A DNA stretch of 64,000 nucleotides from the human T2T-CHM13v2.0 reference genome, Homo sapiens. Made by a program: the position numbers and the translations under genes. Position 1 is the first letter of the stretch; each line of letters begins with the position of its first letter. Of this stretch, positions 31,889 to 47,129 are shown one piece after another. The notes beneath the pieces are model-generated. The model had not been told where the DNA came from. It worked only from the letters and a program-made list of their open reading frames with translations, and ran no database searches. The DNA lies in NCBI RefSeq assembly GCF_009914755.1, contig NC_060925.1. The stretch is one strand, 5' to 3'.

Positions 31889-32324
31889 GTGAGTTAGTTT
31901 TGTGTTTATCATGAAGATGGGGTCTCTACCTTTAACTGAATTATATAAAAACAAAATAGCGAAAAGATCAACCGCATTGTTTCCCAAAAAATTGCCCAGA
32001 AGAATTTCTACTTTTGTGAGCCTCATTTGTTTTCTAAATCCCCAAAGAGAGATTTGACTCAGCAGAAACGATCTCTGAGCCTTCTTCAGCAGCAGCAACA
32101 GCAGCTGAGCTGTGGATCTTGGCTCTAGGACTGGCCTAGTTATTCAGCAGATACCGTCCCAGCCAAGCCCTGGAACAGCTTTTAGCCACTGCCACAAATG
32201 CTGCCTACCAACTGTTGCCTAGGTGAGGAGAGCCTTGGCCATAAATCCTGGCACTCTCTTACCCCCAAATCTGACTGATTCATTTGTTCACACCACACCT
32301 TCAGAGTGGAAGGTATGATTGCTT

Positions 32325-32552
32325 GCTTTTCTCTTTCTTTCTTCCTTCCTTTCTTTCTTTCTTTCTTTCTTTCTTTTTCTTTCTCTTTCTCTCTCTTTCC
32401 TTCTTTCCTTTCTTTCTTTTCTTCTTTCCCTCCCTCCCTCCCTCCCTCTCTTCCTTCCTTCCTGCTTTCCTTCCTTCCTTCCCTCCTTCCTTCCTTCCTT
32501 TCTTCTTACTTTTCTTGCTTTCTTGCTTTCCTTACTTTCTTATTTTCTTCCT
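32325..32552. repeat. Compound (CTTT)/(CCTT)/(CCCT) polypyrimidine STR
   Basis: ~230 bp almost purely C/T on the plus strand. Confidence 0.97.
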
Positions 32553-32840
32553 TGTTGGCAAGTGATCAGCCAAAAATGGATTAAAGAAGGCATCTGCACT
32601 CATGGATCTCCAACAGACAAAACAAGACAAGTGACTATTAATTATTTAAAATAGTTTTTGGGTTTTAAAACATTTCCATCACTTTTTTTTGGAGAGCACC
32701 TTGTAGTTTGAGCAAGAGTTTGCTTTTTGTACGTTTGATTTGAGGATTTATCTTTTTTGATTCTATATAGTTGCAAGAAAGGCAATTGGCAAATGGCTAA
32801 TAAATGGTGCGCTATTGCTATATATAGAAGTAGCACACCA

Positions 32841-34560
<1,720 letters not shown>

Positions 34561-35321
34561 AATTTATGCTATGTCTCATTTAATCAAAAAAAAAAGAATC
34601 AAAGAGGTTATTTGTAAAGAACGTGTTCATAAAATAAGGATCAAATACAGAAGACTGGCAGGAGCAGCCTGAGGCTTCACTCCAAAGTGCAGGGGGTGTT
34701 TATGGCAGGTGGTCTATAACATGTGTCACTTGAAGCAATTGGTTGCATCATTATTCCCCTCACACATGCCTTTTCTTATATTTTACATTTCCTTTTCTTG
34801 CCATTTTCCTCTTTCCACCTCTCATCAATTTTCTAAATACATTTCTGCTCCTAAATTTTGTCATCCTATAATTATGTCTTTATAATTCGAATGACCTATA
34901 CATGCATAATTTAGCTTCCTTAGAGCTTAAACAGCATTAAATCATATTTGTAAATTTCATTCAGATAGAAGACTGAGTGAGGTTTTAAACCCGGAGGCCT
35001 TATTCTGAGAATCAGTAGAGACAACAGAATAGTTTTGATTTATGGCATGGACAAAAGATTTAATCCAGCTGCTTCCTTATTGCCCAAGGAAATTTCCTTA
35101 TAAGTAAATGGGCTTAAGCCAGATATGCTGGCCAGGCTCAAGCAGATTGAGAAAACCTTCCAGTCCATGTCTTTCTTATTCTACTGCAGTTTTGTAGAAC
35201 TTCCACTGAGTAATAAAAGAAGATTTATGATTGGTCATTGAGTTCAAAGCCACTGTGACCAAGAAAACCCCAGCAACTAAGAACAACTTACCAGCAACAT
35301 GACCTTGTTCAAAGTCTTTCA

Positions 35322-35645
35322 GGCCGGGTGCGGTGGCTCACGCCTGTAATCCCAGCACTTTGGGAGGCTGAGACGGGCGGATCACGAGGTCAGGAGATCG
35401 AGACCATCCTGGCTAACATGGTGAAACCCCGTCTCTACTAAAAATACAAAAAAATAGCCGGCATGGTGGCAGGCGCCTGTAGTCCCAGCTACTCAGGAGG
35501 CTGAGGCAGGAGAATGGCGTGAACCTGGGAGGCAGAGCTTGCAGTGAGCCGAGATCGCGCCACTGCACTGCAGCCTGGGCAACAAAGCGAGACTCCGTCT
35601 CAAAAAAAAAACCAAAAACCAAAAAACAAAAACAAACAAACAAAA
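35322..35645 (+). mobile_element. AluY
   Basis: Full AluY-type sequence; TSD AAAGTCTTTCA at 35311-35321 and 35646-35656. Confidence 0.96.
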
Positions 35646-35739
35646 AAAGTCTTTCAGAATCCTAGTATCTTCATTTCTACAATGTGGATGTTTTTGAGAC
35701 ACCAAAGAAATTATAAATAAAGATAACAGCAATAACCAA

Positions 35740-36238
35740 TGTGGTAGCCAGTCTCTGAGATGGAGTCCTACCTCCTGTTACTTATACCCTGGTATTTATA
35801 TCACTCCTCCCTCATTGTACCAGTGTTGGCCTGTGACCAACATAATACGGCAAGGATGATGGTAGGTTACTTTAGAGGTTAGGTTATAAAAGATCTGTCT
35901 TAGTTATGCTTTTTCTTTCTCTCTCTGTCTCTCTCCCTAGGGGAAGCCAGCTGCCATGTTGTGAGCAACCCTATGGAGAGACCCTCGTGGTGGGCACTGA
36001 GGCCTCTGCCAGCAATAAGCTGAGGAGCAGATCCTTTATCCCACTCAAGCCTTTGGATGACTTCAGCCTTTGCCAAGACCTTTGAGTGCAACCATATGAG
36101 ATAACCCAAGCCAGAAGCACTAGCTAAGCCACTCCTGGATCCCTGCTCCTCAAAGATTCTGTGACATAATATACGTATTTTTAATTTAAAGTACAACACT
36201 TTGGGGGTGACTTGTTATGCTGCAATAGATAACTAACA
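35740..36238 (+). mobile_element. MaLR solo LTR (MLT1F-like)
   Basis: TGTGGTAGCCAG start; GGGGAAGCCAGCTGCCATGTTGTGAG; GCAATAGATAACTAACA end. Confidence 0.85.
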
Positions 36239-36657
36239 TGACCATATAACAATAGGAATAATAACCAACAAATCAGGTCCCTTTTCTTCATCAGAAGGAT
36301 TTCATGATATTGCTCAGGTCTAGACTTGGGTATGGCGATTCCAATGGAGTGACTTCATCCTTCTGACTCAGCATCTAACTTCTGATGCTACATTGTCCAT
36401 TTACTGGAAAACTTGTTGCTTATTCCATGTTGCCTTCATTAATTGCCACTACTGATACCTAGTACACCAGTCTCAAGAGCAGCTATTCAGAAGACAAAGG
36501 TCTCTGATAGAAACAGATGTTCTGTTCATCTTTTTTGCTGCTTATATTAAACCATTGCAACAGATTTGTTGCCTTGATTCTGATTGTAGATGTTTTGCAC
36601 AAATTATATCCCTTTTTAAGTGGCAACAACCACTCCTAGAATACATACACAGCATGA

Positions 36658-37012
<355 letters not shown>

Positions 37013-37469
37013 GAGCCACTTCTTCCATCAGCCCGATTCCTTACCTTTTTGGCCTTTTTTTCTCACCACTGGGTCCTTGTCTTATCTCTGCTTCCCTAAT
37101 TCTGGTTTTCTATTCTTCAGTAAATGTCCTACTCCATCTCACTTGGTTCTGAGATCTTTCTCTCCTGGTGCTGTCTCCATTGTAGAGAACTGGCCATATA
37201 TTCCTTGACACTGTCAGTCAGACTCAGAGAAAGTCTAGCTCTGTTGTTTGTTCTCACCTTTAAGACATTGCCTCTGAGTGTCTGGTTCTAAACAATGCCC
37301 TGTCTCTCTTGATTCTTCCAGATGCCCCATGTGGAATTATTCAGCCATCATTAGTCTGGGCCAGGGTGGCTTCTGCACCTGTCTTCATCCTCAGATATTT
37401 TCAGCTTTATCTTGTTGTTTATATCAGAAACCCTTGTTGTTGATGATGTTCTTTTCTAAATGTAGACTG

Positions 37470-38279
37470 CAATGGTTCTCAATCATGACTGGCGTTAAAA
37501 TCTCCTGAAGAAAAAAAGAGAATGCTTACATACTATTGGCGGTAATGTAAATTAGTTCATCCACTGTGGAAAGCAGTTTGGAGATTTCTCTAAGAACTAA
37601 AAACAGAACTACAATTTGATCCAGCAATTTCTTTACTGGGTGTATATCCAAAGAAAATAAGTCATTCTATGAAAAAAATATACGCACTTGTACATTCATT
37701 GTAGCACTATTCACCATAGCAAAGACATGAAATCAACCTATGTGTCCATCAATGGGACTGGATAAAAAACATGTGGTACATGTACACCATGGAATACTAT
37801 ACAGCCATAAAAAAGAATGAAATCATGTCCTTTCCAGCAACACAAATTCAGTTAGAGGCCATCATCCTAAGCAAATTAACTCAGGAACAGGAAACCAAAT
37901 ATTGCATCTTCTAACTTATAAGTGGGAGTTTAATATTTGGCACTCATGGACATGAAGATGAGAACAATAAACACTGGGGACTACTAAAAGGGATGGGAGG
38001 AGAGTGAGCATAGAAAAACTAGCTGTTGGGTACTATGCTCACTACCTGTGTGATGGGATCATTTGTATCTCAAACTCCGCATCAAGCAATATAACCATAT
38101 CACAGACTTACATGTGTACCCTCTGAATCTAAAATAAAAGGTGAAATGGTTAAAAAATAATATCTCCTGGAAACATTGAAAAATAGTCAGATGCCCAGAT
38201 CCTATTCCAGATCAGTCATAAATATTTATGAAAAGCTTCCAGTTGATTTTCCTGAGTATCTAGGGGATAGAACCAATTG
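37470..38279. mobile_element. MER5-like hAT element split by an L1 insertion
   Basis: CAATGGTTCTCAA ... TAGAACCAATTG ends; AATCTCCTG and CAGATGCCCAGATCC motifs flank the L1. Confidence 0.6.
37511..38158 (+). mobile_element. 5'-truncated L1 (L1PA16/L1PB-like) 3' end
   Basis: CCACTGTGGAAAGCAGTTTGGAGATTTCT, CCCTCTGAATCTAAAATAAAAG; TSD-like AA(A/T)ATCTCCTG(A/G)A. Confidence 0.9.
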
Positions 38280-41200
38280 TATTCAGTGAGGGCCAAGAAA
38301 ATTGTAATGCTGTGCCCACTAAACAAAAACCATCTGGGAGCCAGATTCACACTAGGGTGGCCAGTTTGTGACCTCTGACTAGAGGGTGTGTTGACGGTCT
38401 TGCTGGGAAGCCAGGGGCTTTGTTTGTGTACTCCCACAAGATCCTCCAGATGGGTAAAGGAAACAGTGAGCAGAGAATTCAGAAGCAATTAGCTAGTGCA
38501 TACGCTTCCAGGGCAGCCCTGCTCCAAGAGGACATCTGATAACCTGCAGATAATTATAAGTTTATGGCGAACAAACTATTGCTGAAAGATGGCATCGTGC
38601 ACAGCTGTTGTTTAGACAAACCCGCTGTAGAGTTTTGGACTTGGCACTAGGAATCCCTAACCGTGGCTAAACAGAAAAACTCTGTTTGTGCAGATGGAAA
38701 TTCAAGATAGAATGAGTGTCAAAGCTTTAAGAACAAAAGAAACAGAAGCTTGTCTGTTTTGAAAAGAATAAAAGTGCTGGTGTATAGTGATATAGTTCTT
38801 AATCTACACATGTGAATGTCCATATGCTACTGCAGTTGTTAACTCCAAATCCAACATTAAGAAAATGGATTTGATCTTTGCATTAGTGTGTAGAGCAAGA
38901 TTCTCAAACTGAGTAAATTATAATTGCTTTCCAATCTATCTCCCTTAACATGTTTATACATAGTGTTTATAAGAGGTGCTAATAATATACATAGCAAGTG
39001 CTTTCTGATTTCTTTTTAACATTTTAACATAGCTGTTTAAGAAATTTTAATATAATCTCTGCTATGCTGATTAACTGATAGAAATGGTATTAATGACTTT
39101 TTAAGATTTTAGTTCATTCTATTCATAAGCCAGATGCACAAGGATTAAACTGTATCCATAGTCTTGAGGAATCCATAATCAAAGAAAATTTAATATTTAA
39201 AATTGGAAGTATTTAAAAAAATTTATCAGTATTCCAGCCTCATTCTAATTGGTGATTCAACTGGGGTCTGTCAGTCCTTGAGATACACACAGACCTTTTT
39301 GAATCCCGGCTTCATCACCCACACATTATGTGACTCCAGGCAATCACTCGACCTCTCCCACTGAGTGTCTAAAAATATCACAATACCTGCTTTCCCAGCT
39401 GATTTTTGTTATAATCAGAAACTGTAAATATAAAGCATATCATATACAAGGTACTGAGTGCACACTCTGAGCAGATACTTGGTTAAGTGCAAGGCAAAGA
39501 ACAAGAAGCGCAGGGTACAGTCTGTCTTCTAGCAGCTGACAATATATTTGAGACAATATAGGCAAATGATTAAAAGGAAATTAATTAAAAATACAGGGTA
39601 CTTGCATTAAGTATTTAAGTTCAGATGAGATATCTATCTTTTATAATTTGTGTATCTTGCATCTAATATGCCGTAAAGTTTCCTGTTATTAAATAGATCC
39701 TTTAACCCTCACCCTAACTCTAACCTCATGTGTAAAAAATATATAGTTTAATTTCATCCTTAACATAATCATTAAGAGACATCACTTTATTGATAAGAAG
39801 TAAGTTAAAAATTTTATCGTAACGGTGAGATATGTAATTCATCTATGTCATTAGTCAGAGGTTCAAATATGAATCAACTAAATGCTATTTGTAATACAGA
39901 TGGGATTAATAATTCCATCTATATGTTAATAATATTAGCCTTGAGACAGGCGAACTGCAACTGTCAATCTGCTGGTATCTCAGGCCAAGTGGGTTGAGAT
40001 CTAGAGCAAGTAAGCCCCAAAGTGTGCGTATAAGTCAGGTTTCCATAACTACCAGTGGTTTGGTAGGCAGGCTACTTTCCAAGGACTGATCTTCAGTACA
40101 AAGGTGGTCAAAAGGCTGCTGGAGCAAAAGGTAGGTGTGAATCATCCTAGGTGCTAGTCAGAGTCAATAAAATTAATATAACCAAAAACAGAGCAGGGAT
40201 TCTGGACATACAAATTCAGACAGAAAATAGGAGGTTTAATTTCTTTCCTTTTCTGTGAAATTGGCCTAAAATGAAAACTTTTCATTTTGCATTAATGACA
40301 GTCTAATATTAATGATGGGTAAATTTCATGACACTTTCACAAAGATAGACTTTATCTTCATAAAATTATTAAACTTGGTTATAACATTAGCGAGTGTTCA
40401 GTCAGTGAGGTTATGGGTATATGTTTTCTATGTTAGATTTTTGAAGATAAACCTCCAAAGATAGATTTAAATCTATGGTTAAAGGTAATGTCATAGATAA
40501 GTGACATGATTCATGGTCATCTCAATTTTTGCTGTGTCCTCATGATACAAATTGCTTTGACCACTTTAATTAAAATGGTGTTCAATAAAATATTGGGGGC
40601 TCTATAAACTAAGCTTTTTGATGTAGTATAGAGCAAAAAAAGAAAAAAAAAAGATAGGCTATGCTTTTCTTTCATTTTGCAGCCACAACAAGAATTCTGT
40701 ATCTCAAAATTTGAAGACTCATGGATACTCATGAGTACATGAATAGTATGGAACTCAGGACAGACAGATTTTCTTCAAAGATACAATTTCTGAAAGCCTG
40801 GAGGTCTTTAAAGACAATAAAATAATCCCTTAAAGTATTTTTCTTTAATTGTCTGAACAAAAATGTGTTGTGCTCTTAGAGGAGACACTTTTAATGTCTG
40901 AAGAACATATGAAACCCAGTGCCTTAGAACAAATTCGAATTCAGAGGGAAGGTAACTTTATTTGGAAGTTATAGTGTCCTGAAACTAACCGAACTTGTGG
41001 AAAACAAGCAGCCTTCTTTCCCTTGGAAGGCCTTTGGGAAAATATGTCTACAAGTGTCCCTGTGGAGTCAGTATTTCGGAGACAACATAGGAACCACATG
41101 TCCTTTTCCTTGCCTGTCCAGCGATGTCTAATGTGGGTGTTCATTGAGCCTGACAACCAGAGTGTCCTTAAAAGCAGCTGATCTCATTCTCTGTGGGCGC

Positions 41201-41676
41201 TGAGTTCCTCGTTCTCAAAGTCAGAAGTCATGGATGAGTCCAGAAGCTCCAGCCCTGCCCCATGACCCACCTCTCTGCCTGACAGTCTCGGTGAGAGAGC
41301 CAGAGCCAGAGCCCTCAGACCCCTGCTGCCATCAAGCAGCGGAACAGCCTCTTTTGTTATCAGACGGCTCCAAGAATGCGGATGCAGCAGTTAGCTCACT
41401 CTCTTAAGCCTCTTGTGGTTAACATGAATAGCATTCTTTCAATTGCTGCCGATATGAAATATCCTAAGTCTTCAAGTCAACAATTAAAAACTAAAGGTCA
41501 TATTTTTACAGGAGATACTGAAAATATTTGCATTTGGGAGGTAAAACATTTTAAATTGGAGTGGTATGTGTATTTATTCTGCATCTAGATGTTGTAAAAT
41601 GAAGTAGAGGTTTGTCAGTTATTCAGGTTTTATGAGGCTGGAGAAAGTCAAGACAGATGATATGCTCCCCAAATAA

Positions 41677-41685
41677 GATCGATCG

Positions 41686-41724
<39 letters not shown>

Positions 41725-41753
41725 ATCTATCTGTCATCTATCTATCATCTATC

Positions 41754-41784
<31 letters not shown>

Positions 41785-41930
41785 ATCTATCTATCATCTA
41801 TCTATAAAGATATATATATAAAGATATCTATCATCTATCTATCAAGATATATATATCTATATATATAAAGATATCTATCTATCATCTGTCTATCTATAAA
41901 GATATATATCTATATATAAAGATATCTATC

Positions 41931-41980
<50 letters not shown>
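41677..41980. repeat. Complex (GATC)/(TCTA)n/(TA)n tetranucleotide STR
   Basis: Several TCTA runs interrupted by TCA and by TATAAAGATATAT blocks. Confidence 0.98.
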
Positions 41981-42329
41981 AAAATTGCAGAGGCTGACTA
42001 CTTAGAAAATAGTTATTTTTGGTTGCGTAAACCAAAATGAACTTATCTTCTTTATCCTTCAGTTTTCCTATAGAGCATAATTTAGCTCTTGAAGATGAGC
42101 ATAATTTTTACTTCACAAAGTTAGAAAACCCTACCCCTCTAACTTTCAGCTTTTATATCTGTAAAATGAGGTAAGACTACTACTTACATAGCCTGTCTCA
42201 TCCTGTTTATCTGCAGGTATTATAGAAGCATAGCCAAGATGTACTAACATGCTCTCTGGATTTGTTTTCTCAGAAGTTTGTGTTTTCTCCTTTTTTTTTT
42301 TTCAAATCTGTGTCTCCACCCCAATTTTC

Positions 42330-42750
42330 CACCACTTCCCTGGAGTACTTTTTCCATAGTCACTCTTGTTAAGATTCTAACAGTATTACCTAGCCTCCCA
42401 CTTTCACTATTCCTTGGAATGATCCCTTTCCTCAAGCTAATTAACTGCCTCTGTACCTTTAAGGGTCAGTTTAAATATCACCAACTCTAGGGTCCCTGAG
42501 AGCCCCACCAGCCCCACCAGGTGTTACACTCCTACTATCTTCCATTAATTCCAAGGACCCTCCATGCATTCTGTGCATACCATTTCATGGCACTTATGCT
42601 GAACTGTAATTTCTGATTTACATGCCTGACCTGACCATATTTATAACACTATATATATTTTAATACTGAAAGTTCTGGCAGAGTACTTACTTGACACATA
42701 GTAAGTGCTTATTAAATGCCCATTGAGTCAATCAATCAAATAAATAAAAT
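42330..42750 (+). mobile_element. L2 3' end
   Basis: TCAGTTTAAATATCACC ... GACACATAGTAAGTGCTTATTAAATG. Confidence 0.65.
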
Positions 42751-43205
42751 AAGTGAAGTATTTTGTGCACCATTTGATTCTAAATACCTGCCTAATTTCA
42801 TTTTTTTTCTAAAAATTATTGATAAGTTAGAACATAGGGGAGAAAGATCCATTCATCAGACACTTCTCAATACTGTTTGGAAGAGCTGACATGGAAGAAT
42901 GCAGGAAACTTGTTTGCATACTGTGTCTGTGCACTGAACTCCCTATTTTGTGTAAAATATAAAAGTAATAAATTTGAAAGTAACATGCTAATATCTCCAG
43001 ATCTTCATGGGTTGATAAATGTATTAAGGTGACCAACATTACAATTGCCAAAGTAGATAAATTTATTCCTTTTAGGAAGCTGAACAGTAGTCCAAGTTAG
43101 TTTAGCCACCAGGAAAGAGGTTCTGCCATGGAAGACAGGGTGGGAAGAATGCCACCATGGACCAGCAGCAAAGTCTTGGATACAGAGGGCCCAGACCTAG
43201 AGAGG

Positions 43206-43325
43206 TAGGGAAACAATATGTCTTAGTGTGCCCGGGATCATCCCTGTTTATACAGGCTGTTTGAGCATAATTATTTGTAGCACTCTGTTTCTCTCTTAAA
43301 GGTGTTCCAGGTTGGAAAGTAGTTA
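43206..43325 (+). mobile_element. MER94-like (hAT-Blackjack)
   Basis: TAGGGAAACAATATGTCTTAGTGTGCCCGGGA...CATAATTATT...AAAGGTGTTCCAGGTTGG. Confidence 0.7.
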
Positions 43326-45114
43326 GAAGGTAAAAAAAGATGGATTTATCTGCTCATGAGTGCTCTCATCTTATTTCTTTCCCTTGTCTACCAAGGAAGA
43401 ACAACACTTACACTACATTAACTAGACCATTTTGCATCAGTGGGTAGTTATTTCATTTTTAACTGGTCTAATATTACTTCTATCCTTTCTCTTTATAAAA
43501 TAACTTGGAATAAACTCTATCATTTCATAAATTAAATTGTGTGAGTAAAATTAATGGTAATTTTACTGAAATCTAACCATGGGAATTTTTTGTCCTTATT
43601 TTTAGTCATTTTGTTCAAACAACTTAGAGCTGAAGTGGAAGCATGCAGACTTTTCCCAGAGATAAATTCTTCCTGCTTGACCTTCCAAAATATTAAGTAC
43701 CTGTAAATTTAGAGGAAAACTGCAGCAGAATCAGGATAGGCACAAAAAGTAGCATAGAATAATTCCTTTTAGATGGCCATTCCTGTCTAAATTACAAGTT
43801 GAGTCTTCCCAGTATAAAGAAACAACTAATTGTGGTTGGCCTCATACATGGTTTGGGCTGAGGTTGGGGAAAGGATAGCCGCAGTGGCTGTAAACTCAGC
43901 AGCTAAATCGAGCTCTTTGGGTTCAGTGCACGTGGACAAATGCTCCTGCGAAAATCCTCAAGTTTAAGACGCAGGGTTTTCCCCTTTAACGGGCAACAGT
44001 CTGCCATTGAACTGAGAACCCAAAGGCTTTGTCAGGCAGCTGGAGGATTTGTCTGGTACATGGAGAGGAAACAGACAATGGCAGAAGCAGCTCAGATAAG
44101 TTTTGGAGAATTTCAAAAATGTGAGGGATCAGAATCAAAGTGTTCTAAGGAAGAAAGAAAAACCTGCTGCCCTTTTCTCATTTCTTATTCAGACTATAAG
44201 CATGAATCTGAAATCCTCTAAGCCTGCATGACTAGCCCTTCCTTACTCCTAGTGGGACACATTTTCAGAAGCTCCTTTTCATCTTTTTTTTTTTTTTTTG
44301 CATTTGACTACATGCATTTACTAATGAGCATATACAGGTAGAGACCTGCAGTCTCAGAACACCTAAAAGTTTCCATTTATCTCAGTCATGTTTTTAATTA
44401 TCACCACCTGTTTTCCATTTCCATGTATATGAACGTAATCATAAGACCAATATTCTGTAACATATTGGATAATTGCACAAACTGCTGTGTAGGCAGTCAA
44501 AATGGAGCTTTTCCCCGGATAGATGGTAAAGACAGATAGTTCTATGTAAGAGCTTGAAATGTTTGTCTGATGATGGATGAATGAAAGTACATATTGGGCG
44601 TAGCAAAGACTAGTTAAGGGTGTTCATAGGAAAGTGTGGGATGTGCAAGGTTAGATGTATGAAAGAATACCTACACATCACACATACACCTATGCACATC
44701 TACACCTCTATCTACACATATACCAATGGCTCCATGGGTGCTCACGAAATTAGTTTCATAATTCCGTTCTCAAGACCCTGTTTCCCACAATGTGCACAGG
44801 GAAGGCTGAGCCACCATTACTAAAGATTAACTCATCTTCAACAATAGCCTTTTTATCAAAAGGAAAACAAAACAATAAAGCAATCCTGCAGAGAATAATT
44901 CAACCATCCTTATGTTTTCCTTCAGATTCCTCTTTCATTCTCCACAGTGGCCATTTAAAATATACATGTTCCTCAAATTTATTTACCTATTATCTCCCCT
45001 TTCCAAAAGATAACCTGACTTCCCAATTTCCTACTTTCCAGGGAAGGTGGGTGAACTATGATGGGCTCTCCGTCAATCTCTACCCACCAATCTCGGGGCT
45101 TAATAGACCACTCC

Positions 45115-45119
<5 letters not shown>

Positions 45120-45167
<48 letters not shown>
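45120..45167. repeat. (CT)n microsatellite
   Basis: ~23 CT units. Confidence 0.99.
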
Positions 45168-45169
<2 letters not shown>

Positions 45170-45467
45170 CCATTGTAACGGAAGAGAAGTAACTTCTTTT
45201 AAAGACAAGTATCTCATAGTTTGTTCTGGATCTCATTCTCTCTTGCCTTCTTACAGACACCTTCCTCCTTTTATTTCCTCATTCACTTTACAGAAGCTGT
45301 TTACTATAAGGTCACCAACACCTTCTTTTGGAAATTTATCAGCCTATCATACTCACTTTCTCCAAAATATTTGACACTGCTGATCACTTATTCTTACTTG
45401 AAATTCCTTCTTCTGTTGACGTCCATGATACTAGGATACCATGATCCATGTATGTCATGTATGTGCA

Positions 45468-45470
<3 letters not shown>

Positions 45471-45502
<32 letters not shown>
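45471..45502. repeat. (GT)n microsatellite
   Basis: 16 GT units. Confidence 0.99.
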
Positions 45503-45504
<2 letters not shown>

Positions 45505-45559
45505 CCCCTTCTCTTGTCAATCTTTTTGTCTATTTGGAGAATTCAGAAAAAAATAAATT

Positions 45560-46170
45560 CTTTGATAAGTTAGAAAGTAATAAGGCAAGAAGTAAAGCAA
45601 GGGAAAGAGATAGGAAATGCTGGAGTTGAGGAGACTCAAATTTTAAATAGGGTGGTCAGAAAAGTCCTCACATTAAAAGAGAGAAAGAGAGCAAGCCATG
45701 AAGCTGTCTGTGGAAAGAGCTTTTCAGGCAGGGGGAGCACCTGATGCAAAAGTGCTGAGGAGGGAGACATTAGAAGTTTTCTAGTAAAGGAGTGACATCA
45801 TCTGACTTATATTTTAACAGCATCACTCTAGCTGCTCTGTTAAGAATAGATAATAGTGGGACAAGAGCAGAAGCTGGGATGCTAACTGGGACGCTACTAT
45901 AATAATATGTTGTAAGGGAAATAGTTGTGTTTTAGGTGGGGTGGTAGCAGTTAAAAAAAGTATTTGGAAGTGCTCAGATGCTGTATAGCTGGAGGTCAAA
46001 CAAGTAGATGATGAAGTGGTGGTGGGGGGATGAGAGAGACAGAGAGACAGAGAAAAAGAGACAAGGAGACAAAAAAGTATGACATCAAGTCTTTGACCTG
46101 AGCAATTGAAAAGATTAAGCAAAATAAGGAAGACTGGGAATAGAACAGATTTGAGGGGAAAGATTTTAAA
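45560..46170 (-). mobile_element. L2 fragment
   Basis: TTTTAAATAGGGTGGTCAGAAAAGTCCTC, GAGTGACATCATCTGACTTAT. Confidence 0.75.
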
Positions 46171-47129
46171 CAACTTGAAAGGTCTGAAATTTTACACCAA
46201 GCTAACAAATTGGCCTGGCAGAAGACAAGGAACTTACGGCAATAGTGGTAGCCAAATCATGTCATGTCATGTGCAGAGGAGTAAATAATTTATTATATTT
46301 TCTTTAAGAATTCCTGTAGGATTAAAAATACCAGATTGCATAATGTGCATATTTGGAGCCTGGAACTACTGCAGCTAATTTATTGCTGTAACTAATCAGT
46401 AACTACTAATTTAAGAGCAGCCAGCCTGAAACAGAAGTAACACCTGGGGTGGGTGTAGAGACTACAGAATATGATGGAGGAAGTGGAGTAGAAGCTCGGA
46501 GCAAATTATTTCTAGAGCTTATATATGTCTGGAAGATTTTCTTCCTTCTTTTCTAGTAAAATTTCCATGAATAAATTTCCTTAATGATTTAACCCAGTTT
46601 GATTTAGACTTTCTGTTGGTTGCCTCCCAAAACATTCTAACAGATAGCAATCTATCTATCGATTGATCAATTGATTGATGCCAGAAACGGGTACTCACCA
46701 CATTTCAATGAAATGCAAGACCAGGCATTTCAATGTGGAATTTGCTGAGTAGAGGAGATAGGAAGGAGAGCAGTGAGGGCCCCTTTTATTCCAGAGTAGG
46801 AAGTTGGCAATCTTTGTTATGTGCAAGCAAGAAAGGTGTCTAGGTTGCGGTTTTATGTGTTGTTATTAAGACTTGATGAAGCTGTAGCTTTAGGCAACTT
46901 GATAGGTCATTTCCTCCACCTGCAGAAAGATCCTGTAAAAAAGAGACAAGTCTAGGCTTAAGGTGGCATGTCTGAAGAAGTATGTGTTGAGTGTCTACTT
47001 TGCCAAGCAGTGTCCTCATCATTGGACATACCCATCCACGGATCTTGCTTTCTAATTCATACACATATGCTACTAGAAAAAAATTACCCAAAATAGGTAG
47101 TGACAAGTTGTTAAAGATAAATAAAGATA

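Noticed and set aside
31942-31950. TATATAAAA as a TATA box
   Set aside because: Common in AT-rich DNA and unsupported by other promoter features.
32284-32654. Hydrophobic F/L/S-rich ORFs
   Set aside because: Translations of the polypyrimidine STR.
40461-40476. 16-bp palindrome ATAGATTTAAATCTAT
   Set aside because: About one 8-bp-arm palindrome is expected by chance in 64 kb, more in AT-rich DNA.
44790-45374. 194-aa ORF
   Set aside because: Runs through a (CT)n tract, low complexity, no recognisable domain.
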